A stretch of 20,000 nt of DNA, taken from IMG/VR virus record IMGVR_UViG_3300023094_000010; one strand, written 5' to 3'. Within the stretch, counting starts at the first letter, position 1. Each line of letters begins with the position of its first letter. This document shows, piece by piece, positions 8,215 to 16,042 of this stretch. This DNA comes from an uncultured virus (IMG/VR IMGVR_UViG_3300023094_000010) (Duplodnaviria; Heunggongvirae; Uroviricota; Caudoviricetes). The notes beneath the pieces were generated by a model, which searched no databases, had not been told where the DNA came from, and saw nothing but the letters and a program-made list of their open reading frames with translations. Position numbers and translations under genes: made by a program.

Positions 8215-8508
8215 ATGACCACTCGTACCAAGAAAAAACTGCTCGTCGCCGCGGCGGCGCTCTTCATTGAAGTTGCACCTCGGGGATCGCTAACACCCAC
8301 GGTCACGTGGCAGGCCCTCAGTCGCGCTGTCAGCAATGCTTATCCCCAACGGGGTCCTTCGGATCGTTATCAGATGGCATACGATCTACTCCGGGATTTC
8401 CGCAGCATGTTCACAACAGACCCCGCGTTCGGCGTACCTCAATGGCCGTACGGAGACCGCGAAACGCGTTGTCTCGCCCTTCTTTTTCTCGCACACTCCC
8501 TCGAATAA
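8215..8508 (+). CDS. Hypothetical protein, probable paralog of 10604..10918
   Basis: N-terminal KKLLVAAA; C-terminal W...ETRCLALLFLAHSLE. Confidence 0.7.
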   Translation: MTTRTKKKLLVAAAALFIEVAPRGSLTPTVTWQALSRAVSNAYPQRGPSDRYQMAYDLLRDFRSMFTTDPAFGVPQWPYGDRETRCLALLFLAHSLE

Positions 8509-8519
8509 ATTTTCCTCCT

Positions 8520-9623
8520 ATGAAAAACATGCTCCGTTCCCTCGCCCTCCTCTGCGTCCTCGCCTTCACGGCAGCACACGCCCAGCAGCCCGCCGCCTCG
8601 CCGCCGGCTCCCGACGCCGCCTTCATCAAAGGTGATTTGTCGATCCAGTTCAACACCCGCACCCAACTCGACGGAGGAAAGCCCCGTGAAGGCGTGGCCG
8701 ACAAGTACAAGCTCAAGCTGAACGTCTCCAACAGCGTCGTTTTCGACGGCACCATCGAGAGCCTGCCCAACATCAAGGGCATGGTCAGCCTGAACCAGCC
8801 CGGCCGCCTGACGCATTCCATCGAGTGCCTCGTCGTGAACCCGCGTAATCCGTCCCAGACCCGCAACATCGGCCGCCTCTTCGGCACCGTCCCCGTCGAC
8901 ACTGAAAACGTCTACCGCTTCGAGGACGGCAATCTCAAGATCGGTGTCTTCGGCGTCGGCAACGCGCAACCATTCGAGAGCCGTGTCCGCGGCTTGGCCC
9001 TCGGCAAACCGACGTCCTCCGGCGAAGGCTTTTTCGCAAAGATGAAAAAAGAGGCGATGCAAATCACCAAGTCGGTCGGCGGGAAAAACGTCGCCATCGC
9101 GGTGACTAAATACGATCGCATGGAATTCGTGAACCACGTGCTCTCCGCCGGCCCTGTCATGGTTTATCCCGAAGTGACAGTCTCCGGCACGACGATCTAT
9201 GACTACGACCGCACCGCGTGGTATTTGAACGGCGTCACGGTTTCGTACTCCATGGAAGACGCCCGTGGCCTGCGCGTGGCTGTGCAAGACCGACTGTCGG
9301 GCAACATCCGCTGGGTTGAGGCCGCTGATCGCGGTCGGTCCGGCCTCGGCGAGTACCAATTTGATGTGCGCGTCAACGAGCCTGCAGCCTCGGAGGCTTC
9401 GATATTTGCAGGAGCCGCAACCGAGGCCGACTTCTTCGCCACGGATGCCTTGAACCCGAGCCTCACCGGCACGATGAAGTACAAGGACTCGATCCAGAAC
9501 GACGTCGTGTCGTCCTCGCAGGTCTCTGTTGATCTCACCGGCAACAAGCTCACCAAACAGCAGGTGATGTACCTAGCCAAACTGCTGCTCATGTCCTCCA
9601 TCGTTCCCCTCAACGCCGAATAA
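8520..9623 (+). CDS. Secreted beta-rich protein of unknown function
   Basis: Sec signal peptide MKNMLRSLALLCVLAFTAAHA (AxA cleavage site), Pro/Ala linker, alternating beta-strand patterns; strong codon bias. Confidence 0.85.
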   Translation: MKNMLRSLALLCVLAFTAAHAQQPAASPPAPDAAFIKGDLSIQFNTRTQLDGGKPREGVADKYKLKLNVSNSVVFDGTIESLPNIKGMVSLNQPGRLTHSIECLVVNPRNPSQTRNIGRLFGTVPVDTENVYRFEDGNLKIGVFGVGNAQPFESRVRGLALGKPTSSGEGFFAKMKKEAMQITKSVGGKNVAIAVTKYDRMEFVNHVLSAGPVMVYPEVTVSGTTIYDYDRTAWYLNGVTVSYSMEDARGLRVAVQDRLSGNIRWVEAADRGRSGLGEYQFDVRVNEPAASEASIFAGAATEADFFATDALNPSLTGTMKYKDSIQNDVVSSSQVSVDLTGNKLTKQQVMYLAKLLLMSSIVPLNAE

Positions 9624-9624
9624 C

Positions 9625-9957
9625 ATGAGCAGCATCGAAGTCACCCAAACCATCAAGCTGACCATCCGTGGCGTCCCCGTGGAGCTCAGCAAGGACGAGG
9701 CCACCGAACTGCGCGACGCCCTCGCTGCACTGCTCGGCGACCCGAAGCAGGACGACCGTTACGAAGCGATCCGCAAGAAGATCGACCAGATACGAGACAA
9801 GAGCGTCGATCGCATCCCGTTCCCGATCATCCCGACGACGCCCCCGCGCACCCTCCCGTGGCCACCGCCTCGAGACGACTCCGGCAAATGGCCCTACCAG
9901 TACCGGGAAATCTGGTGCAGCGCCGACGCCAACCTACGGATGGCGATTGGTCCATAA
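9625..9957 (+). CDS. Hypothetical protein
   Basis: 110 aa; IKLTIRGVPVELSKDEATELRDAL N-terminus and a Pro-rich tail. Confidence 0.8.
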   Translation: MSSIEVTQTIKLTIRGVPVELSKDEATELRDALAALLGDPKQDDRYEAIRKKIDQIRDKSVDRIPFPIIPTTPPRTLPWPPPRDDSGKWPYQYREIWCSADANLRMAIGP

Positions 9958-9961
9958 CCTC

Positions 9962-9992
9962 AAGGGCCGACCAATCTGGTCGGCCCTTTTTT
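9962..9992 (+). terminator. Rho-independent terminator
   Basis: Stem AAGGGCCGACCA/TGGTCGGCCCTT, 3-nt loop, T6 run at 9987-9992. Confidence 0.85.
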
Positions 9993-9998
9993 GTATCC

Positions 9999-10196
9999 AT
10001 GAAAAAACTACTCGCAATCCTCTGCCTCGCCACGGCCGGCTGCTCCACCACCCGTCAAGTCCACGACGTACCGAAGGGCGTTGTATCCGGAAGTGGATAC
10101 GACTACGAATTGTTCGAACGACCCGACGGCTCTCGGTATATCAGGAACGAAGCCGGCAAGGTGATGGACGTCGCCGAGTCCGGGACTTTAAAATAG
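9999..10196 (+). CDS. Small lipoprotein
   Basis: MKKLLAILCLATAG-C lipobox-like signal; 65 aa. Confidence 0.75.
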   Translation: MKKLLAILCLATAGCSTTRQVHDVPKGVVSGSGYDYELFERPDGSRYIRNEAGKVMDVAESGTLK

Positions 10197-10238
10197 TTGA
10201 AGAAAGTTGTTGACCGCCCTGCGCGAGTCGTTTCTTCT
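10190..10238 (+). promoter_or_regulatory. Class 1 promoter: TTGACC-17-TCTTCT, leaderless ATG at 10246
   Basis: AAAATAGTTG...AAAGTTGTTGACC with TTGACC 10210-10215, TCTTCT 10233-10238, ATG 7 nt later. Confidence 0.75.
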
Positions 10239-10245
10239 CGGTCCC

Positions 10246-10599
10246 ATGAGCCTTACCTCCATTCAAATCACAGCTGCCGTCGCATTCGATTCGGCCCTCG
10301 CCTCCGGGTACTCCGAGATCGAGGCCGTGCGTTACGTCTGGAAATTCCTGCGTCGTGCCGAGCTCAAGAATCTTCGCGCTCCCGACGCCTTCGAGCAACT
10401 GCACGTCAACACCGGATGCCGGAAATCCTACGTCAGCCCAATCGCTGCCGCCCTCGACCTCCCCTTTGCCGACGGCAACCGCGTCTTCGGCCACCACTCC
10501 TCCAAATACCCCCGCACCGGGCGAAGCTTTTCTGAGTCGATCTCGGCCCAAAACGACGTTCTCTCGTGGTTCCGCTCGCAGTCCAAACTAGCCGCCTAA
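10246..10599 (+). CDS. Hypothetical protein
   Basis: ATG 10246 in the 10207..10599 frame; typical codon bias. Confidence 0.75.
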   Translation: MSLTSIQITAAVAFDSALASGYSEIEAVRYVWKFLRRAELKNLRAPDAFEQLHVNTGCRKSYVSPIAAALDLPFADGNRVFGHHSSKYPRTGRSFSESISAQNDVLSWFRSQSKLAA

Positions 10600-10603
10600 T
10601 TCT

Positions 10604-10918
10604 ATGACCTCCTCCATCCGCACCAAACTCCGCGCCATCCTCCTGCTCGCTGCCGAGCGCATCGACCACCGCCCCGTCGCGTTGGTCCAAGATCGGATTG
10701 ACCCCGTCCTCGGGGCCGGCAACAATTACATCGAGACCGCCTGCGATCAAGCCGCTCTCTACCTGCACCACGACTTCGCCGAGGCCCGTCCGCTGTTCCG
10801 CATGCTCGTCGAGCTGACCGGCGTCCAAGGAGCCGAGGACCCCGACTTTACCGAGGGTTGGACCCTCGAAGACCGCGTGCTTTTTCTGCTCCTCCTCCGC
10901 GAATCCCTCCGCACGTGA
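10604..10918 (+). CDS. Hypothetical protein, probable paralog of 8215..8508
   Basis: N-terminal KLRAILLLAAE; C-terminal WTLEDRVLFLLLLRESL. Confidence 0.75.
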   Translation: MTSSIRTKLRAILLLAAERIDHRPVALVQDRIDPVLGAGNNYIETACDQAALYLHHDFAEARPLFRMLVELTGVQGAEDPDFTEGWTLEDRVLFLLLLRESLRT

Positions 10919-11340
10919 GACCGATCAATCGCCAATCCGCCATCGTCACGAGCCCGGGCGTGCGCCACGTCCCGGAGCCGCCTACGACCCTTCACTGGAA
11001 TCACTGCCCGGCCATCACGACGACGCGACTCGTCGAGCACGACTTCACCGGCATGCGCTGCGGTTCGCTCTTCGTGAAGGGTGTCTACGCCGGCGACACT
11101 CAAGTCCGCTGGGTCGTGCGCTGCACCTGCGGCCGCTACGAACTCCGCACCTCGAAGGCCCTGAGATCCTCGGGCAATAAAGCATGCCAGAGCTGTTCCA
11201 AAAGCGGCTCGGTGGTGCCGCTGCCCCACGAAACCGATCGCTGGGCTCGTTTCAAGGCTCAGAGTCCTGACGGCTTCGCGCATCCGAGCGACAGAAAAAA
11301 GCACCTCATCCACACACCTTTCATCTCCCGACAAAAATGA
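10915..11340 (+). CDS. Zn-binding hypothetical protein
   Basis: DFTGMRCGSLFV...WVVRCTCG...CQSC resembles the DLTGxRFGRLTV...WxCxCxCG module of phage endonuclease-associated proteins; GTGA coupling. Confidence 0.7.
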   Translation: MRPINRQSAIVTSPGVRHVPEPPTTLHWNHCPAITTTRLVEHDFTGMRCGSLFVKGVYAGDTQVRWVVRCTCGRYELRTSKALRSSGNKACQSCSKSGSVVPLPHETDRWARFKAQSPDGFAHPSDRKKHLIHTPFISRQK

Positions 11341-11540
11341 AACTCACCCGCACCAGAATCCTCGGGCGCTACAAAAACCCTCAAACCGGCCGCCCCGTAA
11401 ATGTTCATAAAGGCACCCGCGTGGACCGCAGCACCGACCACCTGTTTTTCATCCGCAGCGGCCTGCGGATATTCATTAATGATGGCGAGTTCTATTCGAA
11501 GTGGACAAAGATCCATCGGGCTGGCGTATCCATCCTGTGA
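11337..11540 (+). CDS. Small basic hypothetical protein
   Basis: 67 aa, ATGA coupling. Confidence 0.65.
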   Translation: MKLTRTRILGRYKNPQTGRPVNVHKGTRVDRSTDHLFFIRSGLRIFINDGEFYSKWTKIHRAGVSIL

Positions 11541-11728
11541 ATACCCCTCGCGTACGCCACATCGCTGGCATGTCAATTCCTGATGACGGCGCTGTCAGCC
11601 CCCTGAAGGATGAATCGTTTCGAGCCTTGGCGGCACAGCGGGCTTCATCCTCTCCGGATGCGAGGCTGAAAGAATCTGAGAAAAAACCCTTGACCCCGTC
11701 GCACGATTTTCTTTTGCTCGGCTCATGA
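11537..11728 (+). CDS. Possible 63-aa ORF (or non-coding structured region)
   Basis: GTGA and ATGA overlaps at both ends, but atypical codon use and a promoter inside it. Confidence 0.3.
   Translation: MNTPRVRHIAGMSIPDDGAVSPLKDESFRALAAQRASSSPDARLKESEKKPLTPSHDFLLLGS
11681..11718 (+). promoter_or_regulatory. Class 1 promoter: TTGACC-17-TTTGCT, leaderless ATG at 11725
   Basis: A6 at 11681-11686, TTGACC 11690-11695, TTTGCT 11713-11718, ATG 6 nt later. Confidence 0.8.
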
Positions 11729-12015
11729 CCCCCCTCCCTGCAAACGCCGAGCGAAACGACTCCCTGTGGACCTCCCGCTGCCCAGCCAAGGCTGGAACTT
11801 TCCGATGGTCCAAAGACCGGAAATGGGAGTACGTCACCCGCGTGGTCACGCAGCAGGACGACGGCACACTCGTTTGCTGGTCCCATAAGCTCGAAAATTA
11901 CGTCCCGGTCGCTTGGGTCGAGGGTCGTTGGCTGATTGAGGACCTCGTCGCCCAGAACGCCCTGCCGGCCCCCAAAAACTCCTGTGTCGCCCGTCGCTCC
12001 ATCTTCCGCAAATGA
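11725..12015 (+). CDS. Trp-rich hypothetical protein
   Basis: 96 aa, starts at the predicted transcription start. Confidence 0.75.
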   Translation: MTPLPANAERNDSLWTSRCPAKAGTFRWSKDRKWEYVTRVVTQQDDGTLVCWSHKLENYVPVAWVEGRWLIEDLVAQNALPAPKNSCVARRSIFRK

Positions 12016-12440
12016 AACCTCACTTCGACCTCCACCCGCTCCGATCCATCGACTGGGAGACCCTCCATCTCTCGAACCGCATGGGAAAAACAGACGCTGC
12101 CCGTCGCATGCTCGCACTCCATCAACAGCCCGTGCGCCTCGGCCGGTGGCAGCGCCTCAAGGACTGGTTGTCCTCCAATGTAAAAGCCTGTAAGGGTTGG
12201 AGGCTCGGCCGCTGCTATGGCATGAGCCGCCGGCCGCTGGGCGATCGAGACCTTGGAACTGAAACAGATGGAGTATGCCCGCCGATGAAAACCACGTTAA
12301 TTTCAAAGCTCCATCTATCTGCGGCCACTGCAACGCTTGGACTGGCAATCATCCCGCCGATCGACTGGGTGATCACAGGTTCTTTCATCCTTATGGCCCT
12401 CTGTTCGTTCGTAAACTGGGACGCGACCCGACAATCGTGA
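12012..12440 (+). CDS. Hypothetical protein; the hydrophobic C-terminal part may be a separate product from ATG 12285
   Basis: ATGA coupling. The last 51 aa (MKTTLISK...) contain two hydrophobic segments; the middle has atypical composition. Confidence 0.5.
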   Translation: MKPHFDLHPLRSIDWETLHLSNRMGKTDAARRMLALHQQPVRLGRWQRLKDWLSSNVKACKGWRLGRCYGMSRRPLGDRDLGTETDGVCPPMKTTLISKLHLSAATATLGLAIIPPIDWVITGSFILMALCSFVNWDATRQS

Positions 12441-12772
12441 AACTCTACCGCTACCACCTCAACTGGGACCGCACGTCCCTGACCCGCGAAGAATTCGAGG
12501 TCGTGAAGACCACGCCCTGCGGTGTCTGGATCACCGATGATCGCTTCAAACCGCGTTTCATCAACCTCCAACGCCGCAAGCAATGGGCCAACAAGACGCC
12601 TGAGGAGGCGCTGGAGGCGTTCAAGGCCCGCAAGCGCCGGCAGATAAAGATCCTGTTTTCCCAGCTGCTGGAGGCCAAGAAAGCCCTCGCAGTGGCCGAG
12701 GGTACGAGCCTTGCCGTGTTGCAGCTCCCTGAATCGTCCTCCTTCGAAACGTGCTTTCCCAACCTTCCATGA
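12437..12772 (+). CDS. Conserved phage hypothetical protein
   Basis: MKLYRY...VVKTTPCGVWI...KQWANKTPEEALEAFKARKRRQIKIL, a pattern seen in many phage early proteins. Confidence 0.8.
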   Translation: MKLYRYHLNWDRTSLTREEFEVVKTTPCGVWITDDRFKPRFINLQRRKQWANKTPEEALEAFKARKRRQIKILFSQLLEAKKALAVAEGTSLAVLQLPESSSFETCFPNLP

Positions 12773-12960
12773 AACTCCGTCACCTCCAGATCGCCGCCCT
12801 ATCCTTTTACGTCGGAATGTCCATCTCAACCTTCGGGCATGCGTGGAACCGCAACGTCTACCCTGACCTCGAACCGCGCACCTACTCGGCGATCCTTTGC
12901 GCCGCTGCGTGGCCGCTCTACTGGTCCGCCGTGCTCAATGCTCCTGCAAAAACATCATGA
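12769..12960 (+). CDS. Small two-TM membrane protein
   Basis: Two hydrophobic segments, WPLYWS motif; ATGA coupling at both ends. Confidence 0.7.
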   Translation: MKLRHLQIAALSFYVGMSISTFGHAWNRNVYPDLEPRTYSAILCAAAWPLYWSAVLNAPAKTS

Positions 12961-13232
12961 AAGCGACCACCCCCACGCCGGCCGAAAGCCTTGAAAATAT
13001 CCGGAAGGCCCGACTCAAGATGATCAACCGGAGAATTCGAAAAGCGGCAGACCTCCTCGAGGAGGCTGCGTTCATTCTTCAGATTGATCACCCCGAAGGC
13101 GGCATCTTTATCGAAGGCGAGGGGTCTATCAACGCTCTGCAGCAACGGGATGACGAAAAAGGTACCCGAGAGCACGGCATCCTAGCAAGCGCCCGTTTCG
13201 AAAAATCCCTCATCTCTGTCGGCGCTTGGTGA
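12957..13232 (+). CDS. Hypothetical protein
   Basis: ATGA-coupled start, 91 aa ending in GAW. Confidence 0.7.
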   Translation: MKATTPTPAESLENIRKARLKMINRRIRKAADLLEEAAFILQIDHPEGGIFIEGEGSINALQQRDDEKGTREHGILASARFEKSLISVGAW

Positions 13233-13236
13233 TTCG

Positions 13237-13461
13237 ATGACCACGCTCCCTCCACTCCCCGAAGGCTGGACGTCTTGGAGGCCCGCAGGCTGGGGTGGAC
13301 TCAAACGTGCGCCCGACGGCACACCGTGGGCATTCACCATCCGCGGCTTTGACCTCGAGTATACCCTCGCCGGACCTCGCAACACCGAACCCTCGGCCGA
13401 TGAAAAGCTCGGCCCTCAGGGGTATCCAGATTTCTACTACCTCGAGGCCACCAACCGATGA
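13237..13461 (+). CDS. Hypothetical protein
   Basis: 74 aa, LPPLPEGW N-terminus. Confidence 0.7.
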   Translation: MTTLPPLPEGWTSWRPAGWGGLKRAPDGTPWAFTIRGFDLEYTLAGPRNTEPSADEKLGPQGYPDFYYLEATNR

Positions 13462-13625
13462 CACAAAAAGTCTTTAACTACTCGATCGTCGACGGTCCTC
13501 GCATAATCGAAGTCGACCATCTGCCCGAAATCAAAAACGAGTTCGTCTGGTTTGAGGGTGTGCAACGCGAAGTCCGGGAAGTGCATCACACCGCGACCGG
13601 CAAACAGATCGAATTGGTGGGATAA
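13458..13625 (+). CDS. 55-aa hypothetical protein (not in ORF track)
   Basis: ATGA-coupled: MTQKVFNYSIVDGPRIIEVDHLPEIKNEFVWFEGVQREVREVHHTATGKQIELVG. Confidence 0.65.
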   Translation: MTQKVFNYSIVDGPRIIEVDHLPEIKNEFVWFEGVQREVREVHHTATGKQIELVG

Positions 13626-13735
13626 CATTTCCGGTTCGCAGGCCATGAGGCCGACCAGAGGACGAGTCTGTTCTCGATCGTGGCCTGACCGGCTCCAAGC
13701 CTCTCATCCTCGAAAGGTGAGATGCTTTCTTGTAT

Positions 13736-14179
13736 TCAACCCTTGGATACTTCGGGCAGCTCGTACTCCAAGGCCGCGAACATGCCTATGTCGTGGGCGA
13801 TGTGCCGGCATCCAATGTTGTCGGACTTGACGAGCTCCGCGGCTTGGAGCCGGATGAAATCGCAGCGTTGCTCCTCCGTGAGGGCAAGAAAAGGCCCGTA
13901 GCCACTACCCGACGACGGCCACGCTTGCACGTATTCCCAGAGCGCGGCACGCCATGAGTCTGGCATCCATTGAAGCTCGCCGGGCTCCACGACTACGAGC
14001 GGGCGGGTCTGGAAGGAAATAAACCCCGGCGTAGTGCCGTGGGTGATACACGTGATCGTGCCGTTCTTTTCACTTCTCCAAATATTGCCGGGCACCGTCA
14101 TGGACGGCAGCCCCCATTCTCGGACCCCTATGCGTCCGATGAGTTGTTTGTCAATCGTGACAGGCTTTGAGTCTTCCAT
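13736..14179 (-). CDS. Hypothetical protein on the opposite strand
   Basis: 147 aa with ATG start and protein-like composition; divergent from the promoter at 14246. Confidence 0.6.
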   Translation of the reverse strand: MEDSKPVTIDKQLIGRIGVREWGLPSMTVPGNIWRSEKNGTITCITHGTTPGFISFQTRPLVVVEPGELQWMPDSWRAALWEYVQAWPSSGSGYGPFLALTEEQRCDFIRLQAAELVKSDNIGCRHIAHDIGMFAALEYELPEVSKG

Positions 14180-14235
14180 TTCTTGAAGGGTAACAGACTG
14201 TGCGGGTTGGAGACATCCGGGCTTGAAGAAAAATG

Positions 14236-14274
14236 AAAATAGGCATTGACGCGAGCTGTGCGGTCATTTTTGCT
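14236..14274 (+). promoter_or_regulatory. Class 1 promoter: TTGACG-17-TTTGCT, leaderless ATG at 14282
   Basis: AAAATAG upstream, TTGACG 14246-14251, TTTGCT 14269-14274, ATG 7 nt later. Confidence 0.8.
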
Positions 14275-14281
14275 CTGCTCC

Positions 14282-14518
14282 ATGAACCAACCATTTGATT
14301 TCCAGCCCCGCCCTGCGCATCCCTTCAGCCGTGCCCAAGTCATCTCGATCATCCTGCGAAACGTACGCCGGCAAAAGCCCGCAACCCGCGCTCTTTGGGC
14401 CAACAGCAAGAATGACAGCGAGAGCCGCACCCAAGCCAAGCGCATCCTTATCAGGCAGTGGGTCGAGGAGGCCTCCACCAATCCCGCCATCATCGCCCAC
14501 TACAAGCAGGTTGCATAA
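14282..14518 (+). CDS. Hypothetical protein
   Basis: 78 aa from ATG 14282. Confidence 0.7.
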   Translation: MNQPFDFQPRPAHPFSRAQVISIILRNVRRQKPATRALWANSKNDSESRTQAKRILIRQWVEEASTNPAIIAHYKQVA

Positions 14519-14529
14519 CTCCCCCCGTC

Positions 14530-14811
14530 ATGAACGCCCGCCGCTACGAGCTCGTCAAATACTTCTCCGACGCCCGCAGTCCTGAGATCCAGCCCCGCTT
14601 GCGCCTGCTCACCCTCGAGGAGGCCCAGAGCGCCTGCAACGCGCCATCCACACGCAAGGCTGGCGAGTGGTTCATCGGGTACCGCGAGGCCAATCGCCGC
14701 GAGTCCTTGGCGGAGACCCGGCGCGGCACCGCATCCATCACCAAAGCCCTGCTGGCCTGCCATCACGGGCTGGGCGGTGGCCGTGCCAAGTTTGGAACCT
14801 ACGACTTCTGA
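14530..14811 (+). CDS. Conserved phage hypothetical protein
   Basis: YELVKYF...LTLEEAQSACNAPST...WFIGY resembles the GLTLEEAQAHCxDPxT...WFDGY phage family. Confidence 0.75.
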   Translation: MNARRYELVKYFSDARSPEIQPRLRLLTLEEAQSACNAPSTRKAGEWFIGYREANRRESLAETRRGTASITKALLACHHGLGGGRAKFGTYDF

Positions 14812-14814
14812 GTT

Positions 14815-15135
14815 ATGAACAAACGCACCATCAACGCCCGCATCAAGCGTCTCGGAGTCGAGATCCAGAACAAGCGCGGCGACGGCTACTCCTATTTCAC
14901 CTCCCTGACCACTGGCGACCAAATCGGTGAGTCGGTGCCCGTCTGCTACCTCAATCACCTCACGGTCGAGAAGTGGGAAGAGGCGGCCATCTGCGCCTGC
15001 CACGACTACCGCACCGATTGTGGGCGTCGTGATGTGTCACCTTCTGCACTTCCCCCGAAGACTTCGACCCTTAAATTGTCTGGCAACTTGAAGACTATCA
15101 GGCTGATAGACGGAGAGTGCGAAACTGAAAAATAG
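14815..15135 (+). CDS. Hypothetical protein
   Basis: 106 aa; RGDGYSYF...ESVPVCYLNHLTVEKW. Confidence 0.75.
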   Translation: MNKRTINARIKRLGVEIQNKRGDGYSYFTSLTTGDQIGESVPVCYLNHLTVEKWEEAAICACHDYRTDCGRRDVSPSALPPKTSTLKLSGNLKTIRLIDGECETEK

Positions 15136-15167
15136 TTGTTGACTGCGGCGAGGTTTTTCTTTTTGCT
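15128..15167 (+). promoter_or_regulatory. Class 1 promoter: TTGACT-17-TTTGCT, leaderless ATG at 15175
   Basis: AAAAATAGTTGTTGAC 15128-15143, TTTGCT 15162-15167, ATG 7 nt later. Confidence 0.8.
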
Positions 15168-15174
15168 CTGACTC

Positions 15175-15603
15175 ATGAACCGCACCAAATTCAAAAAGGG
15201 CGACGAACTTTACATCGTATCCATCAGCCACGGTCAGAGCGGTGGCTGGGACCACACCTCGGAAGCTTTCCGCACCCGCGTCGGTGCCGAGCTCGTGGTT
15301 CTCACCAGCCTCGGGAAAAAGCAAGGTACCGCGCTGACCAAGGGTGCCAATCTCGAGCGCCGCATCTACACCGGCTCCACCGTGCTGGTCGCGACCAAAG
15401 AAGAGGTCGAGGCGATCCGGGCCTCGATCGGTACGGAGCAGGCGGAAAAAACGATTCAGGCCGCCCACGTCAACGCTCTCGAATGGAAACGCAACTACGC
15501 CGACACCGGCCGCGGCACCGCCCTCGGCATCCAGCGCAACGAGCTGTCCTTGCAGACCATCGCCGCCTGCGTCCCGCTGGAGCATGTGATCATCTGGCGC
15601 TAA
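15175..15603 (+). CDS. Hypothetical protein
   Basis: 142 aa, FKKGDELY SH3-like start; converges with the - strand gene. Confidence 0.8.
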   Translation: MNRTKFKKGDELYIVSISHGQSGGWDHTSEAFRTRVGAELVVLTSLGKKQGTALTKGANLERRIYTGSTVLVATKEEVEAIRASIGTEQAEKTIQAAHVNALEWKRNYADTGRGTALGIQRNELSLQTIAACVPLEHVIIWR

Positions 15604-16037
15604 CCCGGTCCGCCGCCGGCCAGCACCCCTTGCTCCACGAGCCTGAGGGTGCTGAGACGTTGCAAGATCTTTGCGCGTTGCATTTTGGAGGCCTCCAAAC
15701 GTTGGGCGGCCTGCTCCAGCACTCCAATGCGGCGGTCGACACGGGCCAGCAAAGCCTGCAGCTTGGCTTTCTCGGCCTGTGGAGGAGCCGCTGGGGCCAA
15801 GCGTACGCCGATCAGCCACTCGGGATGACTCAGGGCCTGACAGAGCAGATCCTCGAGCTGTCGTGCCTGCTGGGCGACGGTCAACGACCGATCGACCTTG
15901 AGGGCCACCGCGTCGAAGGCGTTCCCAAGCTCCAAGATTGCTGATGTGGTGTCGGCCTGAGCTTTTGCAGCTCCGTTGCTGTAAGCAAGGATCAGGACGT
16001 CGCGTCGATGCTTCCTCGAGTAGTTGGGTTGTTTCAT
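15600..16037 (-). CDS. Helical/coiled-coil hypothetical protein
   Basis: 145 aa, A/L/Q/R-rich; stop overlaps the stop of 15175..15603; has its own promoter. Confidence 0.7.
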   Translation of the reverse strand: MKQPNYSRKHRRDVLILAYSNGAAKAQADTTSAILELGNAFDAVALKVDRSLTVAQQARQLEDLLCQALSHPEWLIGVRLAPAAPPQAEKAKLQALLARVDRRIGVLEQAAQRLEASKMQRAKILQRLSTLRLVEQGVLAGGGPG

Positions 16038-16042
16038 GCTCT

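Noticed and set aside
11580..11671. Hammerhead ribozyme (CTGATGA ... GAAA)
   Set aside because: The bases after CTGATGA do not pair with those before GAAA, and stems I and III cannot be built.
13730..13957. + strand 75-aa ORF
   Set aside because: It is antisense to the longer ATG-started 13736..14179 ORF and reads like a shadow frame.
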